NCBI RefSeq assembly: GCF_001194135.2
Contig: NC_068987.1
Span: 419,064-483,063 of the forward strand
Length of the DNA stretch: 64,000 nt
Source of the DNA: Octopus bimaculoides
Lineage: Eukaryota
Reading direction: 5' to 3'
Positions 1 through 14,029 of this stretch are shown here, one piece after another. The notes under the pieces are model-generated. The model saw only the letters and a list, made by a program, of their open reading frames with translations, was not told the DNA's origin and did no database searches. How positions within the stretch are numbered: position 1 is the stretch's first letter; the number at the start of each line of letters is the position of its first letter. The position numbers were made by a program, and so were the translations under genes.

Positions 1-766
1 GATTTAGTCTATGGGCAGCAGCCATGCTGGGGCATGCCCGAAGGGATTAGTCTAACAAATTGGACACTGGGACCTATTTTTCTGCTCTGTATTTACTTAC
101 TCTAACAAGCTGCATCCAGCACTGGTTTGGGATTAAAAACACACACATATGCATGAATAAATAAATATGTATTTGTGTGTGTGTGTGTGTGTGTATCATC
201 CTCATCTAATGTCTTTCTACCATTCTGGCATGGGTTCAGAACATTACACTACACTTCCCTGTAAACCTTATCCTCCTCACCCTTACCTAGGGTTTAAAAA
301 CACCAAGTTAGTATTTAGCCCTAGGTCAACTCTTTAAAATGGAACAGACAGACCGATTGATCATCTACGCCCTGCTCTTCTGTCTTAAAAAAAGTTATCC
401 AGTTTTTTGTTATTTGGAATGTTTTCATTAAGTTTGATATTACTGTGTAATTTGAGGGAGATTGGGCTGCTATTTCTAGCAACACAAAGGACCACGCCTA
501 GGCCGCCTTCTCAGGCTCCGAATACCCAGTTTATTTATACAGATATGCAAGTGTTGATATTGCACTGATTTGTCCTCATCAGATAACCCCCTCCCCTTCC
601 TTGAGTCTTGGTGGTGGTGGTGGGAGTCAGCTTAGGCTGTTGTCGGAGAAGAGAGGAAAGCTTCATTACTCTTCCTTTTCCACCCCCCTTTCCTTTCTCT
701 TTAGTTTTGATTATTCTTGAATGTTCCTTTGAGACATTCAGAAACATACAATATGCGCACGTACGT

Positions 767-798
<32 letters not shown>

Positions 799-974
799 AC
801 ACATACACACTCATTTATTCTAAGCTGAAGTCTCAATACACATGTGTCCGTCTCCCTTTCTCTCTCATATGTACAGGATGTCATCTACTACGAAAAAAGA
901 AAAGAAAAAGGAAAAAAGATGCAAATACACATTAAGTGATTATAAAGTCTGTTTTTCCTTTTTTTTTTTTTTTG

Positions 975-1149
975 TTACTTGTTTCAGTCATTTGACTTCG
1001 GCCATGCTGGAGCACCGCCTTTAGTTGAGCAAATTGACCCCAGGACTTATTCTTGAATTGGTCTCTTTTGCCGAACCACTAAGTTACGGGGATGTAAACA
1101 CACCAGCATCGGTTGTCAAGTGATGGTGGGGGGACAAACACACATATAC

Positions 1150-1190
<41 letters not shown>

Positions 1191-1320
1191 GCTTCTTTCA
1201 TTTTCCGTCTACCAAATCCACTCACAAGGCTTTGGTCGGCCTGAGGCTATAGTAGAAGACACTTGCCCAAAGTGTCACGTGGTGGGATTGAACCTGGAAT
1301 CATGCATTTGGGGAACAACC
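975..1320 (-). mobile_element. tRNA-headed SINE family A (internal microsatellite, TAAAAG-type tail)
   Basis: Reverse complement of the copies at 21449 and 9078. Shared AGGCGGTGCTCCAGCATGGCC...GACTGAAACAAG tail. Confidence 0.85.
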
Positions 1321-1744
1321 TGAACCTCAATACATGCTTATCAAGCCATAATAAAACAACAAACCAGCATTGCTCCATCATGGCCATACTTGTGTTGGAT
1401 TGAATAATATAAAGTAAACAACATGACATAGTCAAAACTCATAGGTTCACTGAAGATGGTCTCAATCTCTGCCGTTCTTTAAGGAAGCTGGCTCTGTCTA
1501 TAGATTATCAGCTGATTTCTACAACAATGCATGTCTTCTGTGGTGCCATGTGCCAGATAACAATGTCGGGTCTGTTAGATTTCAACCAGTTCCATTTATA
1601 CATGTCTATCATCTCCTCTATCAAATGGTAAGTGATGCTGCTAACAGCTAAGCTAATGTCTTATCTTTAGAACCACCCTTCTTACTCTGACAGCAGTGAT
1701 ATTGTTACAAGAATGCATCTTCACATGTTGCAGCATACGTGTAT

Positions 1745-1777
<33 letters not shown>

Positions 1778-3262
1778 ATGCTGTGTGTGTGTGCGCATGT
1801 GGTGTGTGTACACACATTAGTTATTGTAGTTGTATGTGTGGTATGCACATTACAGCTACTAAGGTTTTCGACAGTGTATATGTATGTGTGTATAGACAGA
1901 GAGAGAGTGTATGTGTGTGTGTGGTTGAATGTGTATGTTGGGAGAATCACGTTTAAATATTGTATTTATTGTGTGTAGTTATGTGTGTGTGTGTGTGTGA
2001 GAGAGAGAGGGAGGAGGAGGAGGGAATGTGGTGGAAGAAAGATGTTGCTTAATAATATTTAGGTCAACCTTAGTGAAGTGGAGATAGCAGTTGGCTGAAC
2101 CTGGGAGTGCAAGTCCCAGATCAAACACTGTGAACATTCCAGGACTGTTGTCAAAGGAACACTAGGCACCCATTAACATAAACATTATACATCAGGGTCG
2201 GTGGGGGTGAGAGTCTGGGTGGATCTACCCCCTCCTGTTCTCTGGAGATATTTCAGATCAAAGATGACCATTTCAATTTGAAATCAGACCGAATATACCT
2301 AGGACTACATTATCTTATGTGTCTGCCCTTGTTTAGCCCCAGGTCCAGTCATGACCATATTTGGACTGCATTATCTAATGCGTGATGTGTCTTATTGTTC
2401 AACCCCCAGATACATCCTCATTTAGTAGACTTAATAAGAAGATCAAGAGTTCTCCACACATGACCATCCCTCCCACAGTATCTATATTATGGTATATAGT
2501 GTGTAGAACTCCATGATCTAATAGATAATAGTATTAATGGTTATTGTTGTTTAACCCAGGGTCAGACTTGATCAAGCATCATGAAGATCAAAGTTGTTCC
2601 AACCATGACCAACCTATCATTTGGCTTGAGGGTCCACCCCGACATCTCGTTACCCTTATTTTTATTTCTCTTTCCATCTCCACCCAGGCCATCCCTAACC
2701 CTCTCTTCTAGAACATGATTACCCGGAAACCTCTTCTGGACCCTTCTTCTCATACGTTAACCCCTCATCCTGTTGCACAAAGCCTCCTCTTTTTTCTCTA
2801 CTGTAGCCCCCCCCCCACTCCCCCAAGCAAAGGGAATCTTAGTTTTGCAGGTTGCATGGTGACTGCGCAAGTGCTGGTGCCAGAAAAAAGCCCCCCCCCC
2901 CGGTACATTCTGTAAGGTGGGTGGCATTAGGAAAGGCATCCAACTGTAGAAACCATAACCAAAGCAGAAATTGGAACGCAATACAGTCTTCGGGCTTGGA
3001 TCCTGTCAAACCACCTGATCGATGCCAGCATGGAAGATGATGATAACGATGATGATGATGATGACAATCTAATGTAATAGTGTACAGTAAATAGTGGTGG
3101 GCATTAATGGCTACAGTTGGAAGACATGGTATGTCTAGGGGTTCCTTATCTAATGGGTCCTTTTTTCTTTGTAGATGATGCTAGGTGGTGACTTGCGATT
3201 TGGTTGCTATTTCTAGCAGGGCAATAGATGGAGGCACCATATTTAAGCAATCTTATGGCTCT

Positions 3263-3294
<32 letters not shown>

Positions 3295-3584
3295 CACACA
3301 CATGTGAATGTATATCTGTCTGCATATGTATGTATACCTATACATGCGTGTGTCTATATGCGTCTGTCTCTTGTAGTTTTATACTTATTCTGACTGACAA
3401 TCAAACATTCATTTTTCACTTTGCAAAAAAAAAAAACTGGGCTGCAGATTTAATGTTTGTCTCTGTAGGTGTGTGTAGTAGTAGTAGTGGTGGTGGTGGT
3501 AGTAGATATATCTGTTACATGCATGTGCAGTGTATGTATTTATGTATGTCTGTATGTATGCAGGACAGTGTGTAATGTGTGTGT

Positions 3585-3627
<43 letters not shown>

Positions 3628-3867
3628 GTGTATATACATGTGTATATATTGCAGTAAAATATACCTTTGTGCCCAGTAATGTATGGCTGCAGTAGATGTG
3701 TGTGTATATGTCTGTACAGTGCCCCTGTGTGTGTGTGTGTGTGTGTAGCTACACATTTAATGTAGTCAGCAATGCGTTAAATCACATGTATTGATTAGTG
3801 TGACTAATATTGATTGATGTGACTAACATACTGTTTGCAGTGTGTAGGTTATACTGACAGTGTGATG

Positions 3868-3980
3868 GGTGGTCGTAGTGACGATGATGATGATGGTCGT
3901 GGTGATGATGATGGTGGTCGTGGTGATGATGATGGTGGTCGTGGTGATGATGATGGTAGTCGTGGTGATGATGATGGTGG
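3868..3980 (+). repeat. 21-bp tandem repeat GGTGGTCGTGGTGATGATGAT, about 5 copies
   Basis: Read directly. Confidence 0.85.
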
Positions 3981-4665
3981 CATACAATAATTGGTGGTGG
4001 TGGTGTATGAGGAGTAATGATAAGGAAGCTNNNNNNNNNNNNNNNNNNNNNNNNNNNNNNNNNNNNNNNNNNNNNNNNNNNNNNNNNNNNNNNNNNNNNN
4101 NNNNNNNNNNNNNNNNNNNNNNNNNNNNNNNNNNNNNNNNNNNNNNNNNNNNNNNNNNNNNNNNNNNNNNNNNNNNNNNNNNNNNNNNNNNNNNNNNNNN
4201 NNNNNNNNNNNNNNNNNNNNNNNNNNNNNNNNNNNNNNNNNNNNNNNNNNNNNNNNNNNNNNGGTGAAGGTGTTTTCTGTTGTGCTAGTGCCAGTAGTGG
4301 TGGTGGTGGTCAATGTGCTGTTAGGGATGGTAGTGGTAGTGGTTGTAGTGGTAGTTATGGTGGTATGTATGTGTTGTCTGTGTTTTAGGGGCCTGAGGAT
4401 ATCCCCTACCCATCACCTCAGTAGATAACGGTAATCCTTCCTATCCCCCTCATTAATAAACCTAATTAAACTAGGGCGGTGGATGAGTTGTGGGGAATGT
4501 CCCAGTGTCGTGACCTTGTCATTTCCCCTCCCCTTAACAAAAGCACATATCTTGTTAAGTCCTACACAAACACTAGTGATTAATTAGTATTCTTAATTAC
4601 AAATAGGCTTGCTTGATCTGGGACGATCTAGGGTTAAACAACCAATAATAATAACTGTCTTCAAC

Positions 4666-4698
<33 letters not shown>

Positions 4699-6141
4699 CT
4701 TAACATCATCCATCTTCCATGCTGGCATTAATTCCATCTTGGCTTGACAGGATCCAGCCAGGTCCCAAAGCTGCCTCCTGCTCCAGTGTCTGCTTTGGAA
4801 TGGTTTCTACAGCTGGATGCCTTTCTTAATGCTAACCACTTCACAGCATGGACTGGGGGCTTTTTTTCTGGCACCAGCCCCAGTGAGGTTACCATACAGC
4901 CAGCAAGACTCTGACTCACTTCAACAGTAGAGAGAAAGGAAGGGGTTTTATATACTAGAGGATGGGGGAGAGTAATGTGTGAGAAGAGGTTTCTAGCTGT
5001 AGAGGAGGAGGAGGAGGAGGAGGCACTACTAGGCACCTCACATACCCAAGGCACTGCCCCAAGAGGAATAAAATGTAAAATTGATCTCTGCAGGATTTGA
5101 ACTCTGAATAGTAGAATGAGAGAGAGAGAGAGAGAGAGAGGGAGAGAAATAATGACATGGTTGGGGGACAAATGATGTTCTGTCTTGTGGTGGAGGAGAA
5201 AATGTCCTCTGATGAACCCACTAATCCTCACCCCACGCCCTAAATGTATTTTAAGGTCTTCTTTGAAGAGATGAGGACTGGTATTGTTAAAGTAAGGGTC
5301 TGTTTTTGGAACAGGACACAACACTATGACAAGCTTCCACCTATGCTGCCACCAACATCATCATCATCATCATATACTCTTCATACTCTATCACTACTCT
5401 CACCATCACCACCACCACCACCACCTGATAAACAAATATGGAAGTGGTGGCGGTGGTGGCGGTGGTGGTGGGGGTGGTGTGAGAGACTGACAGTTTATTC
5501 TCTTACTGTTAGAGGGGATAGATGGTGGGTGGGGGTAAATTAGGGGTGGCGACAGGTATTGATAAGGTGGATGAGAGTGGGAGTGAGGTGTGGATAATGT
5601 TTATGAGGGGGTAGGAGGAAGTTGTAAAAAGAGTGGGAGGGGAGTGAAAAAGGGTAAAGTATGAGAGAAGTACCTGCAACACATTGCACACACACACACA
5701 CGCACGCACACACACTGAGTGCACATGTGCATGCACTTGTTGGTCCTTGTACACCTGAACACACAACATATGCTAATATACACACACATACTCTGATGTA
5801 TATATATCTGCACGTTCATCTACAGATAAGTACTTCTATTTTATACACCCACAATATGCTCATCTATAAATTTGCATTCACACACACACACACACTTACC
5901 CACCCAAGGTACACTCTATCTCCCAGACATTTAATTAGTTACCCAAGGATCTAATCAATACTTCCCCCTGACTCTGTTAACGAGGTAATGAGGTGGTGGG
6001 GTGGGAAGCTACAGGATTCTCCTGTCCCCTCCCCGCATCTCCACTGCACCTCTAACTTTCTTTAGTATAAACATTCATGGTGGTGGTGGTGGTGGTATGG
6101 ATTACTGTTATTTATTCATCAAATTAGCTGCAAAGAATGTG

Positions 6142-6182
<41 letters not shown>

Positions 6183-6289
6183 TATATGCAAATTGGTTTA
6201 TCCAAGTTACTTGATCCACTCGCAGCAACAGCAGCAGCAGCCCTTTTAGCTTACTTCTCACAGCATGTGTCTGTGAGATGAAAGTTGAT

Positions 6290-7600
6290 CTGGAGAAGCA
6301 GCTAAAATTCCCGTCGCACATTAGCCCAGTCCTCGTTGAGACCAGATATCCTTTTAGTTTAGAAATTAGAAGTAGTTGATAGCTTCTGTTACCTAGGTGA
6401 CCAAGTCTGTAGTGGGGGTGGATGCTCAGAGAGTGTTACCATTAGAATAAGAATAGCCTGGACAAAGTCTAGAAAGCTTCTACCCTTACCGGTGACAAAG
6501 GGCCTCTCACTCAGAGTGAAAGGTAGATTGTACGATGCATATGTGTGAACTGGCATGCTTCATGGCAGTGAAACATGGGCCGTGACTGCAGAGGACGTGC
6601 GTAGGCTCAAAAGAAATGAAGCTAGCATGACACGCTGGATGCGTAATGTCAGTGTGCACACATCAAAGAGTGTAAGCGCCCTGAGAGAAATGTTGGACAT
6701 AAGAAGCCTCAGATGTGGCGTGCAAGAGAGACGTTTGCGCTGGTATGGTCATGTACTACGAATGGATGAGGAGAGATGTGGGAAGAAGTGCCACACCCAA
6801 ACAGTCGAAGGAATCCGGGGTAGAGGGAGACCCAGGAAGACATGGGATGAGGTGGTCAAGCGTGACCTTTGAATGCTGGGCTTCACAGAAGCAATCACTT
6901 CTGGAGATATGCTGTGACTGAGAAAACACGGCAAATGAAGTGAGTTCATGGCTGTATCCTACACCAGTTTCACATAACCAGCTCCAGCCCATTCAAAAGT
7001 ACCTTGGATCGTAAGATGACCTGCTGAGCTTGAGGAGACCTATTGAGTCAAGTACATCAACATCAAAATGAAAATCAAATGGAAATTGTAGTTGTGATAC
7101 CCTTGCTGGTGGCACGTAAAAAGCACCATCCGAACGTGGCCGATACCAGCGCCACCATGACTGGCTTCTGTGCCGGTGGCATGTAAAAAGCACCAACCGA
7201 TCATGGCCGCTGCAAGCTCCCTCTAGCCCCTGTGCCGGTGGCATGTAAAAAGCACCCACTACACTCTCTGAGTGGTTGGCGTTAGGAAGGGCATCCAGCT
7301 GTAGAAACTTTGCCAGATCAGATTGGGGCCTGGTGCAGCCTCCTGGCTTCNNNNNNNNNNNNNNNNNNNNNNNNNNNNNNNNNNNNNNNNNNNNNNNNNN
7401 NNNNCCCTGTGCCGGTGGCATGTAAAAAGCACCCACTACACTCTCTGAGTGGTTGGCGTTAGGAAGGGCATCCAGCTGTAGAAACTTTGCCAGATCAGAT
7501 TGGGGCCTGGTGCAGCCTCCTGGCTTCCCAGACTCCGGTCGAACCGTCCAGCCCATGCTAGCATGGAAAACGGACGTTGAACGATGATGAGGATGATGAC
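6290..7600 (+). mobile_element. 5'-truncated RTE-clade LINE: RT C-terminus, 3' UTR and (GAT)n tail
   Basis: Degenerate translation DSFCYLGDQ...MLHGSETW...RLRWYGHVLRM...GRGRPRKTW (ORF 6555-6872). Continues into the family-B tail ending AACGATGATGAGGATGATG. Confidence 0.9.
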
Positions 7601-8145
7601 ATACATATAGATTAGTTTTATGGACGGTAGATTACACACATGCATGCACATACATACACACAAATGCACATGTATGGGTGCACGCATATGCACACTACTA
7701 TGAGGTGAATGTATACAGATGTATACAAATGTACATCTTCAATGTCCAACTAATAATGTTAATGCATGTAATGTATAATACATGGAGTGTGTCAGATAAT
7801 ATAAATGTACATGTGTATATGCTCATGCATATATATATATGTCTGTGTATGTATGTGTGTGTGTATAATTATATATATGCATGTGTATGAATGTGTGTGT
7901 ATACACACACACACACACACACACACATACATGTATTCATGTACATGGTACATATAAATACATACGTGTGCATGCATGATCACACACACACACACACACA
8001 CATATATCAAAAGATGTATGACACAGAGCTGTGCATGGAGTCATATATCTATAATTAATTAACTGTGAAATTAAGTCCCATGGAGACTAAATAAATAAAT
8101 GATAATTAAACATATGCTTATGACAACATATATAATAGTGGGCTA

Positions 8146-8178
<33 letters not shown>

Positions 8179-9077
8179 ATACGTTATTGTATGATATATC
8201 AACGTATATACACCACACGTGTGTGTGTGTTTGTGTGTTTTGCTTGTGCTTGTTTATTCCAAAGTTGTTGTGTTTAGGTGCTGTGGCTGCATGAGCCTTT
8301 GCTGTTAAGGGAGCAATGAGGAATCCTTACCTGTCAAACAGGCAAGGGTTAGCAACAGGAAGGGCATCCAGCTTCAATAATACATTTGTCTTACCCATAC
8401 TGGCATGAAAAAGTAGATGTCAAACAAATGGAGACACACAGACACACACACACACACACACACACACGGGTATGTGTGTATGTGTGTATGTATGCATGTC
8501 AGTAATTATATTTGTGTATCTTTAGAAGTGAGTGTAGGTGTATTGTGCAGTTGTGGTGAAATTTGTTTGTGTAGCTGTATATGTGCTTACATGATTTTAA
8601 TGTTTCCTCCTATAATGTTTCACTGGATTATTACACACACACACACACCCACCCACCCAGTTCCTGTATACATTCATGCACATCTCCCCCCATACACACA
8701 CACATCATACTTTATGTCTCCCAATCTGCCAAGTTCTGTCCATAAACACATGTTGATAATTACACAGGATGTTTTGATTCATTAAGTCTGCTGCCAAAAC
8801 CAAATTACAATCTAAGAATATTCAAAAATATTTGGAATTTCTTGGATTCTGATGCTCTAGGTGTGCATTGTCATCATCATCATCGTCATCATCATCATCA
8901 TCGTTCCGATGGTTGTATGGGTCAGACGTAATTCATTTAGGTAGAGCTTCCTCAATGCTCTCTCTCTCCCTTTCACCAATCTTCATCTGATGAGCAAACT
9001 ATTCTTCTGGTCCTTCAAACGCGAACAGCTTGGTTGGCCAGACATGTTTTTACAGAAGATTGTAAACAAACAACACT

Positions 9078-10335
9078 GCAGGAGTGGCTGAGTGTGGTAA
9101 GTAGCTTGCTTACCAACCACATGGTTCTGGGTTCATTCCCACTGTGTGGCACCTTGTGTAAGTGTCTTCTACTATAGCCTTGGGCCGACCAAAGCCTTGT
9201 GAGTGGATTTGGTAGACGGAAACTAAAAGAAGCCCATCGTGTGTATGTATATCATCATCATCATCATCATCGTTTAACGTCCGCTTTCCATGCTAGCATG
9301 GGTTGGACGATTTGACTGAGGACTGGTGAAACCGGATGGCAACACCAGGCTCNNNNNNNNNNNNNNNNNNNNNNNNNNNNNNNNNNNNNNNNNNNNNNNN
9401 NNNNNNNNNNNNNNNNNNNNNNNNNNNNNNNNNNNNNNNNNNNNNNNNNNNNNNNNNNNNNNNNNNNNNNNNNNNNNNNNNNNNNNNNNNNNNNNNNNNN
9501 NNNNNNNNNNNNNNNNNNNNNNNNNNNNNNNNNNNNNNNNNNNNNNNNNNNNNNNNNNNNNNNNNNNNNNNNNNNNNNNNNNNNNNNNNNNNNNNNNNNN
9601 NNNNNNNNNNNNNNNNNNNNNNNNNNNNNNNNNNNNNNNNNNNNNNNNNNNNNNNNNNNNNNNNNNNNNNNNNNNNNNNNNNNNNNNNNNNNNNNNNNNN
9701 NNNNNNNNNNNNNNNNNNNNNNNNNNNNNNNNNNNNNNNNNNNNNNNNNNNNNNNNNNNNNNNNNNNNNNNNNNNNNNNNNNNNNNNNNNNNNNNNNNNN
9801 NNNNNNNNNNNNNNNNNNNNNNNNNNNNNNNNNNNNNNNNNNNNNNNNNNNNNNNNNNNNNNNNNNNNNNNNNNNNNNNNNNNNNNNNNNNNNNNNNNNN
9901 NNNNNNNNNNNNNNNNNNNNNNNNNNNNNNNNNNNNNNNNNNNNNNNNNNNNNNNNNNNNNNNNNNNNNNNNNNNNNNNNNNNNNNNNNNNNNNNNNNNN
10001 NNNNNNNNNNNNNNNNNNNNNNNNNNNNNNNNNNNNNNNNNNNNNNNNNNNNNNNNNNNNNNNNNNNNNNNNNNNNNNNNNNNNNNNNNNNNNNNNNNNN
10101 NNNNNNNNNNNNNNNNNNNNNNNNNNNNNNNNNNNNNNNNNNNNNNNNNNNNNNNNNNNNNNNNNNNNNNNNNNNNNNNNNNNNNNNNNNNNNNNNNNNN
10201 NNNNNNNNNNNNNNNNNNNNNNNNNNNNNNNNNNNNNNNNNNNNNNNNNNNNNNNNNNNNNNNNNNNNNNNNNNNNNNNNNNNNNNNNNNNNNNNNNNNN
10301 NNNNNNNNNNNNNNNNNNNNNNNNNNNNNNNNNNN

Positions 10336-10367
<32 letters not shown>

Positions 10368-10568
10368 TGTGTTTGTCCACCCCAACATCGCTTGACAACC
10401 GATGGTGGTGTGTTTACGTCCCCGTAGCTTAGCGGTTCGGGAAAAGAGACTGATAGAATAAGTACTAGGCTCACAAAGAATAAGTCCTGGAGTCGATTTC
10501 ATCGACTAAAAGGCGGTGCTCCAGCATGGCCGCAGTCAAAAGACTGAAACAAGTAAAAGTGTAAAAGA
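9078..10568 (+). mobile_element. SINE family A split by a family-B insertion and an N gap
   Basis: Head with A-box-like TGGCTGAGTGTGG and B-box-like GGTTCATTCCC at 9078-9240. 3' half at 10336-10568. Confidence 0.85.
9252..9352 (-). mobile_element. Family B 3' end inserted in the SINE A internal microsatellite
   Basis: (CAT)n CGTTTAACGTCCGCTTTCCATGCTAGCATGGG, cut off by an N gap. Confidence 0.85.
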
Positions 10569-13500
10569 GTTTTTTTAATTTTATTACTGGTTTTTGTTAT
10601 TAAAACTCTGACCATGCTGGAGCACTACCACTACCAGCAGCAGTCTCACCAGCACCCCCTCACCCCCCACCTTTTTACCAAATTTATCCCATTTCATAGT
10701 TTACATCATTAGTGTCTTAAAACTAATTTAACATTTCTTGACCAATCAGGTGGGGGTGTTGGTGGCGATATCTCCTGGCCAAATATCTCTCCCATCACTA
10801 ATTAGTGGAATACAGTGACAGCTCGTTAATTAATTAATGGTATCTAATAGACAGTGTTATCATCACATCTGAAGGGAAACAAGATTCTGATACAAAGATA
10901 ATGAAATTTAGAAAATGTAAATTTTTATGAGGGGAGGGGCAGGGCAGCTTCATGTGGTGGGCATGTCTCAGACAGGAGAGTTGACCCCAGTGTTTATAAT
11001 ATGGGGGAGGTGAGCAATGGATGAAGTCCACTACTTCACATGGGAAGTGTCAAAACTGACAAGGGTTGAGAAAGAAGAGTTTTAAACTCAAATGAACCCC
11101 AACCAGTAAACCACGTTGTAACAATGGGACAGCAGTGGACCCTCCTTTGACCTGTGAGAAATAGCAGTGAAATAACCCTCAAATCACCCCCCTGACCATT
11201 TTATGAACTAACGAGAAGCCGAGATTACAGTTGTTCATCATTCTTGAAATAACCAGTCACTCTTCTGAGTCGTCAAGGGAACATGGTCACTGAACCTCTC
11301 TAGTAATGGCAGCCAAATCTGCCTCAAATGATGCCTTACTGCTTTACAAACCATGAGTGCATTTACATACTCACTTGATTTGCTAGAAATAGCAGCCAAA
11401 TCATACTCTGTGGTGTTAACTGAGGAAGGATACATTGAATAATGTGACCCTCAATAGATAGGTGAGTTGGTCATGGCTGGAATGTCTTTGATCAGAAGTC
11501 TACTCAGTGAGGTTGACGAGTTAATATTTGACATAGCAGCCAAATAAACCTCAAATTGCACAGGATTGTCTTCCACAACGATAAGATACATTGGACGATA
11601 CAGGATGGTCATGCTTGGAGTCTCTGTGATCACTGTATCAAGAAGATGGTGGTGTCAAGGTGATGGAAATGAAATGCTTTTGTTGTCCATGGAGGGCATT
11701 AGTGGCACAAGGAGAGAGGGTAGAGGCACAGTTAATTAAATCCAACCTTAGTTCATGACTGGTGAAGGTGTGTGGCACTGGTGGTTAGGCTGTGGCTGAT
11801 AGGTCGCAGGTTCAGTTCTTGAATCAAGTGGCACCTTGTGCCGGCCAGTCATGTACTTGCAGCTGCTTAATTCTTTACATATCTTGGGTGGCACATGGCA
11901 CACATTACTTTAGCACTGCCATCCTCATAAATCAGGTTAGTTTCCTAATTGGACTCTCTCTCTCTCTCTCACTCTTTCTCTCCCCCTCATTCCTATCTCT
12001 TCTCCCTCCCCCTCTCTATGACATTGTCACTTTTATCTTGGCAACAAATGTATTGTTTTAAGGATTGGGACAACTCAAACATGTCTCCCCCTCCCTCCTC
12101 ACCACTGCTCCCTGGGGTGGGTTCTGTCATGATGATGACAATGGTGATGACGGTGATGATGACAGCTTCTGATTGTGATGGACCACAGGGAAAAGAAAAC
12201 TAATCAGTCTTACAGCAATTGTGTGGATGGGTGTGGGTGTAAAAAAAAAGGCTTCAACTATGTGATGGTGATGGTTATGATGATGATGATGATGATGGTG
12301 AAGGATTCTTTTGTCAGAGGTAAGACTTCAGGAAGTAAAAGAGATGCTATAATCATCATCAGCATCATCATCTTTCTGTTCATGGTGGGGGGGGGGGAGT
12401 GCTCAGAACCTAATTACATAGCTTTGGTATTGTTATATGATGATGGCTGGTGATCACTGCGTCAGAGGATGATGACGCAATGATGATGGTGGTGATGATG
12501 ATGGTGAATGTAACTGGCTGTTAGTGAATCATCTAGACTTGTTTCTGATAAACTTTATATAACTACAATAATAATGATGATGATGGTGATGATGATAATG
12601 GCAGTGGAAAAGGAAGAGGAAGCCATAGTCAGGATGGTGATGACTATGATGATGATGATGATGTACAGATGCTGTGATTGCAGTGAGCAGTGTATAGTTT
12701 ATACATTAACCTTTCATTTGATGCTAATTGGTGTTGTTGTGACGATGATGATGATGGTGGTGGTGGTGGTGGTGGTGACTGTATATCTGGGATGTGTGTG
12801 TAAATAAGCCAACAAAAACAGTAATTAGCTCCTTGTAAATCCATCCATAGCCACCGCCACCATGTACCCACCCCCACCCCCCACCATCTACCCACCTACC
12901 CATATCTCTGTCATCACAACAGATACGATGATGATGATGATGATGATGTATTTGGGTTTTCAAGAGAAATGGAGGGAATTCCTAATATTTATTCTAAGCA
13001 ACTTTTCAAACTTTAAACCNNNNNNNNNNNNNNNNNNNNNNNNNNNNNNNNNNNNNNNNNNNNNNNNNNNNNNNNNNNNNNNNNNNNNNNNNNNNNNNNN
13101 NNNNNNNNNNNNNNNNNNNNNNNNNNNNNNNNNNNNNNNNNNNNNNNNNNNNNNNNNNNNNNNNNNNNNNNNNNNNNNNNNNNNNNNNNNNNNNNNNNNN
13201 NNNNNNNNNNNNNNNNNNNNNNNNNNNNNNNNNNNNNNNNNNNNNNNNNNNNNNNNNNNNNNNNNNNNNNNNNNNNNNNNNNNNNNNNNNNNNNNNNNNN
13301 NNNNNNNNNNNNNNNNNNNNNNNNNNNNNNNNNNNNNNNNNNNNNNNNNNNNNNNNNNNNNNNNNNNNNNNNNNNNNNNNNNNNNNNNNNNNNNNNNNNN
13401 NNNNNNNNNNNNNNNNNNNNNNNNNNNNNNNNNNNNNNNNNNNNNNNNNNNNNNNNNNNNNNNNNNNNNNNNNNNNNNNNNNNNNNNNNNNNNNNNNNNN

Positions 13501-14029
13501 NNNNNNNNNNNNNNNNNNNNNNNNNNNNNNNNNNNNNNNNNNNNNNNNNNNNNNNNNNNNNNNNNNNNNNNNNNNNNNNNNNNNNNNNNNNNNNNNNNNN
13601 NNNNNNNNNNNNNNNNNNNNNNNNNNNNNNNNNNNNNNNNNNNNNNNNNNNNACCGCCCCATCTTACATGTTCTTGGAAGTCTCAAGAGGGAATTGAAGT
13701 GGAGGCGTGGATGGGGAGCTGTTTGAAGTCTTGTTGGAAGATAGAGAGAACACAGAAAAAATAGACAGACACCCCTCCCTCCTTTATAGAAGGAGGGAGA
13801 TATATCAAAAAAAATTAATGAGAGAGAGAGAAAAGGAAGATGCTCCTTGCATCACTTTGTAAAATAATCTCCCTGGACCACCCTCATCTCTTTCATCTTT
13901 TTTTTTACTTCTGATGAAGGACTGATGTCCAAAACGTTAACCCATTCCCCTCTCCCTTTTAAGCCTTAAACTAATGTAACATATTTGTTAAAACTTGTCT
14001 CTCCTCAGTTCTTTTTTTTGTGTTTTCTG

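Noticed and set aside
7230-7525. Apparent tandem duplication of the family B tail (7230-7350 vs 7406-7525)
   Set aside because: Identical sequence on both sides of an N gap is typical of unmerged contig overlap. The same applies to 31313-31470 and probably 58578-58670. The extra pseudoknot unit at 7406 was therefore not counted.
8980-9035. CTGATGAG...TTCAAACGCG as a hammerhead
   Set aside because: No convincing stem II or stem I and no GAAA. CTGATGA at ~56860 and 57425 likewise lack proper stems.
9078-9150. tRNA genes
   Set aside because: A/B-box-like heads belong to SINEs and do not fold into full cloverleaves; no genuine tRNA or rRNA seen in the window.
9267-10502. Long ORFs (200-411 aa) here and at other gaps (13006, 18000, 20800, 29850, 37100)
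   Set aside because: They consist of X residues from N gaps plus microsatellite translations; not coding evidence.
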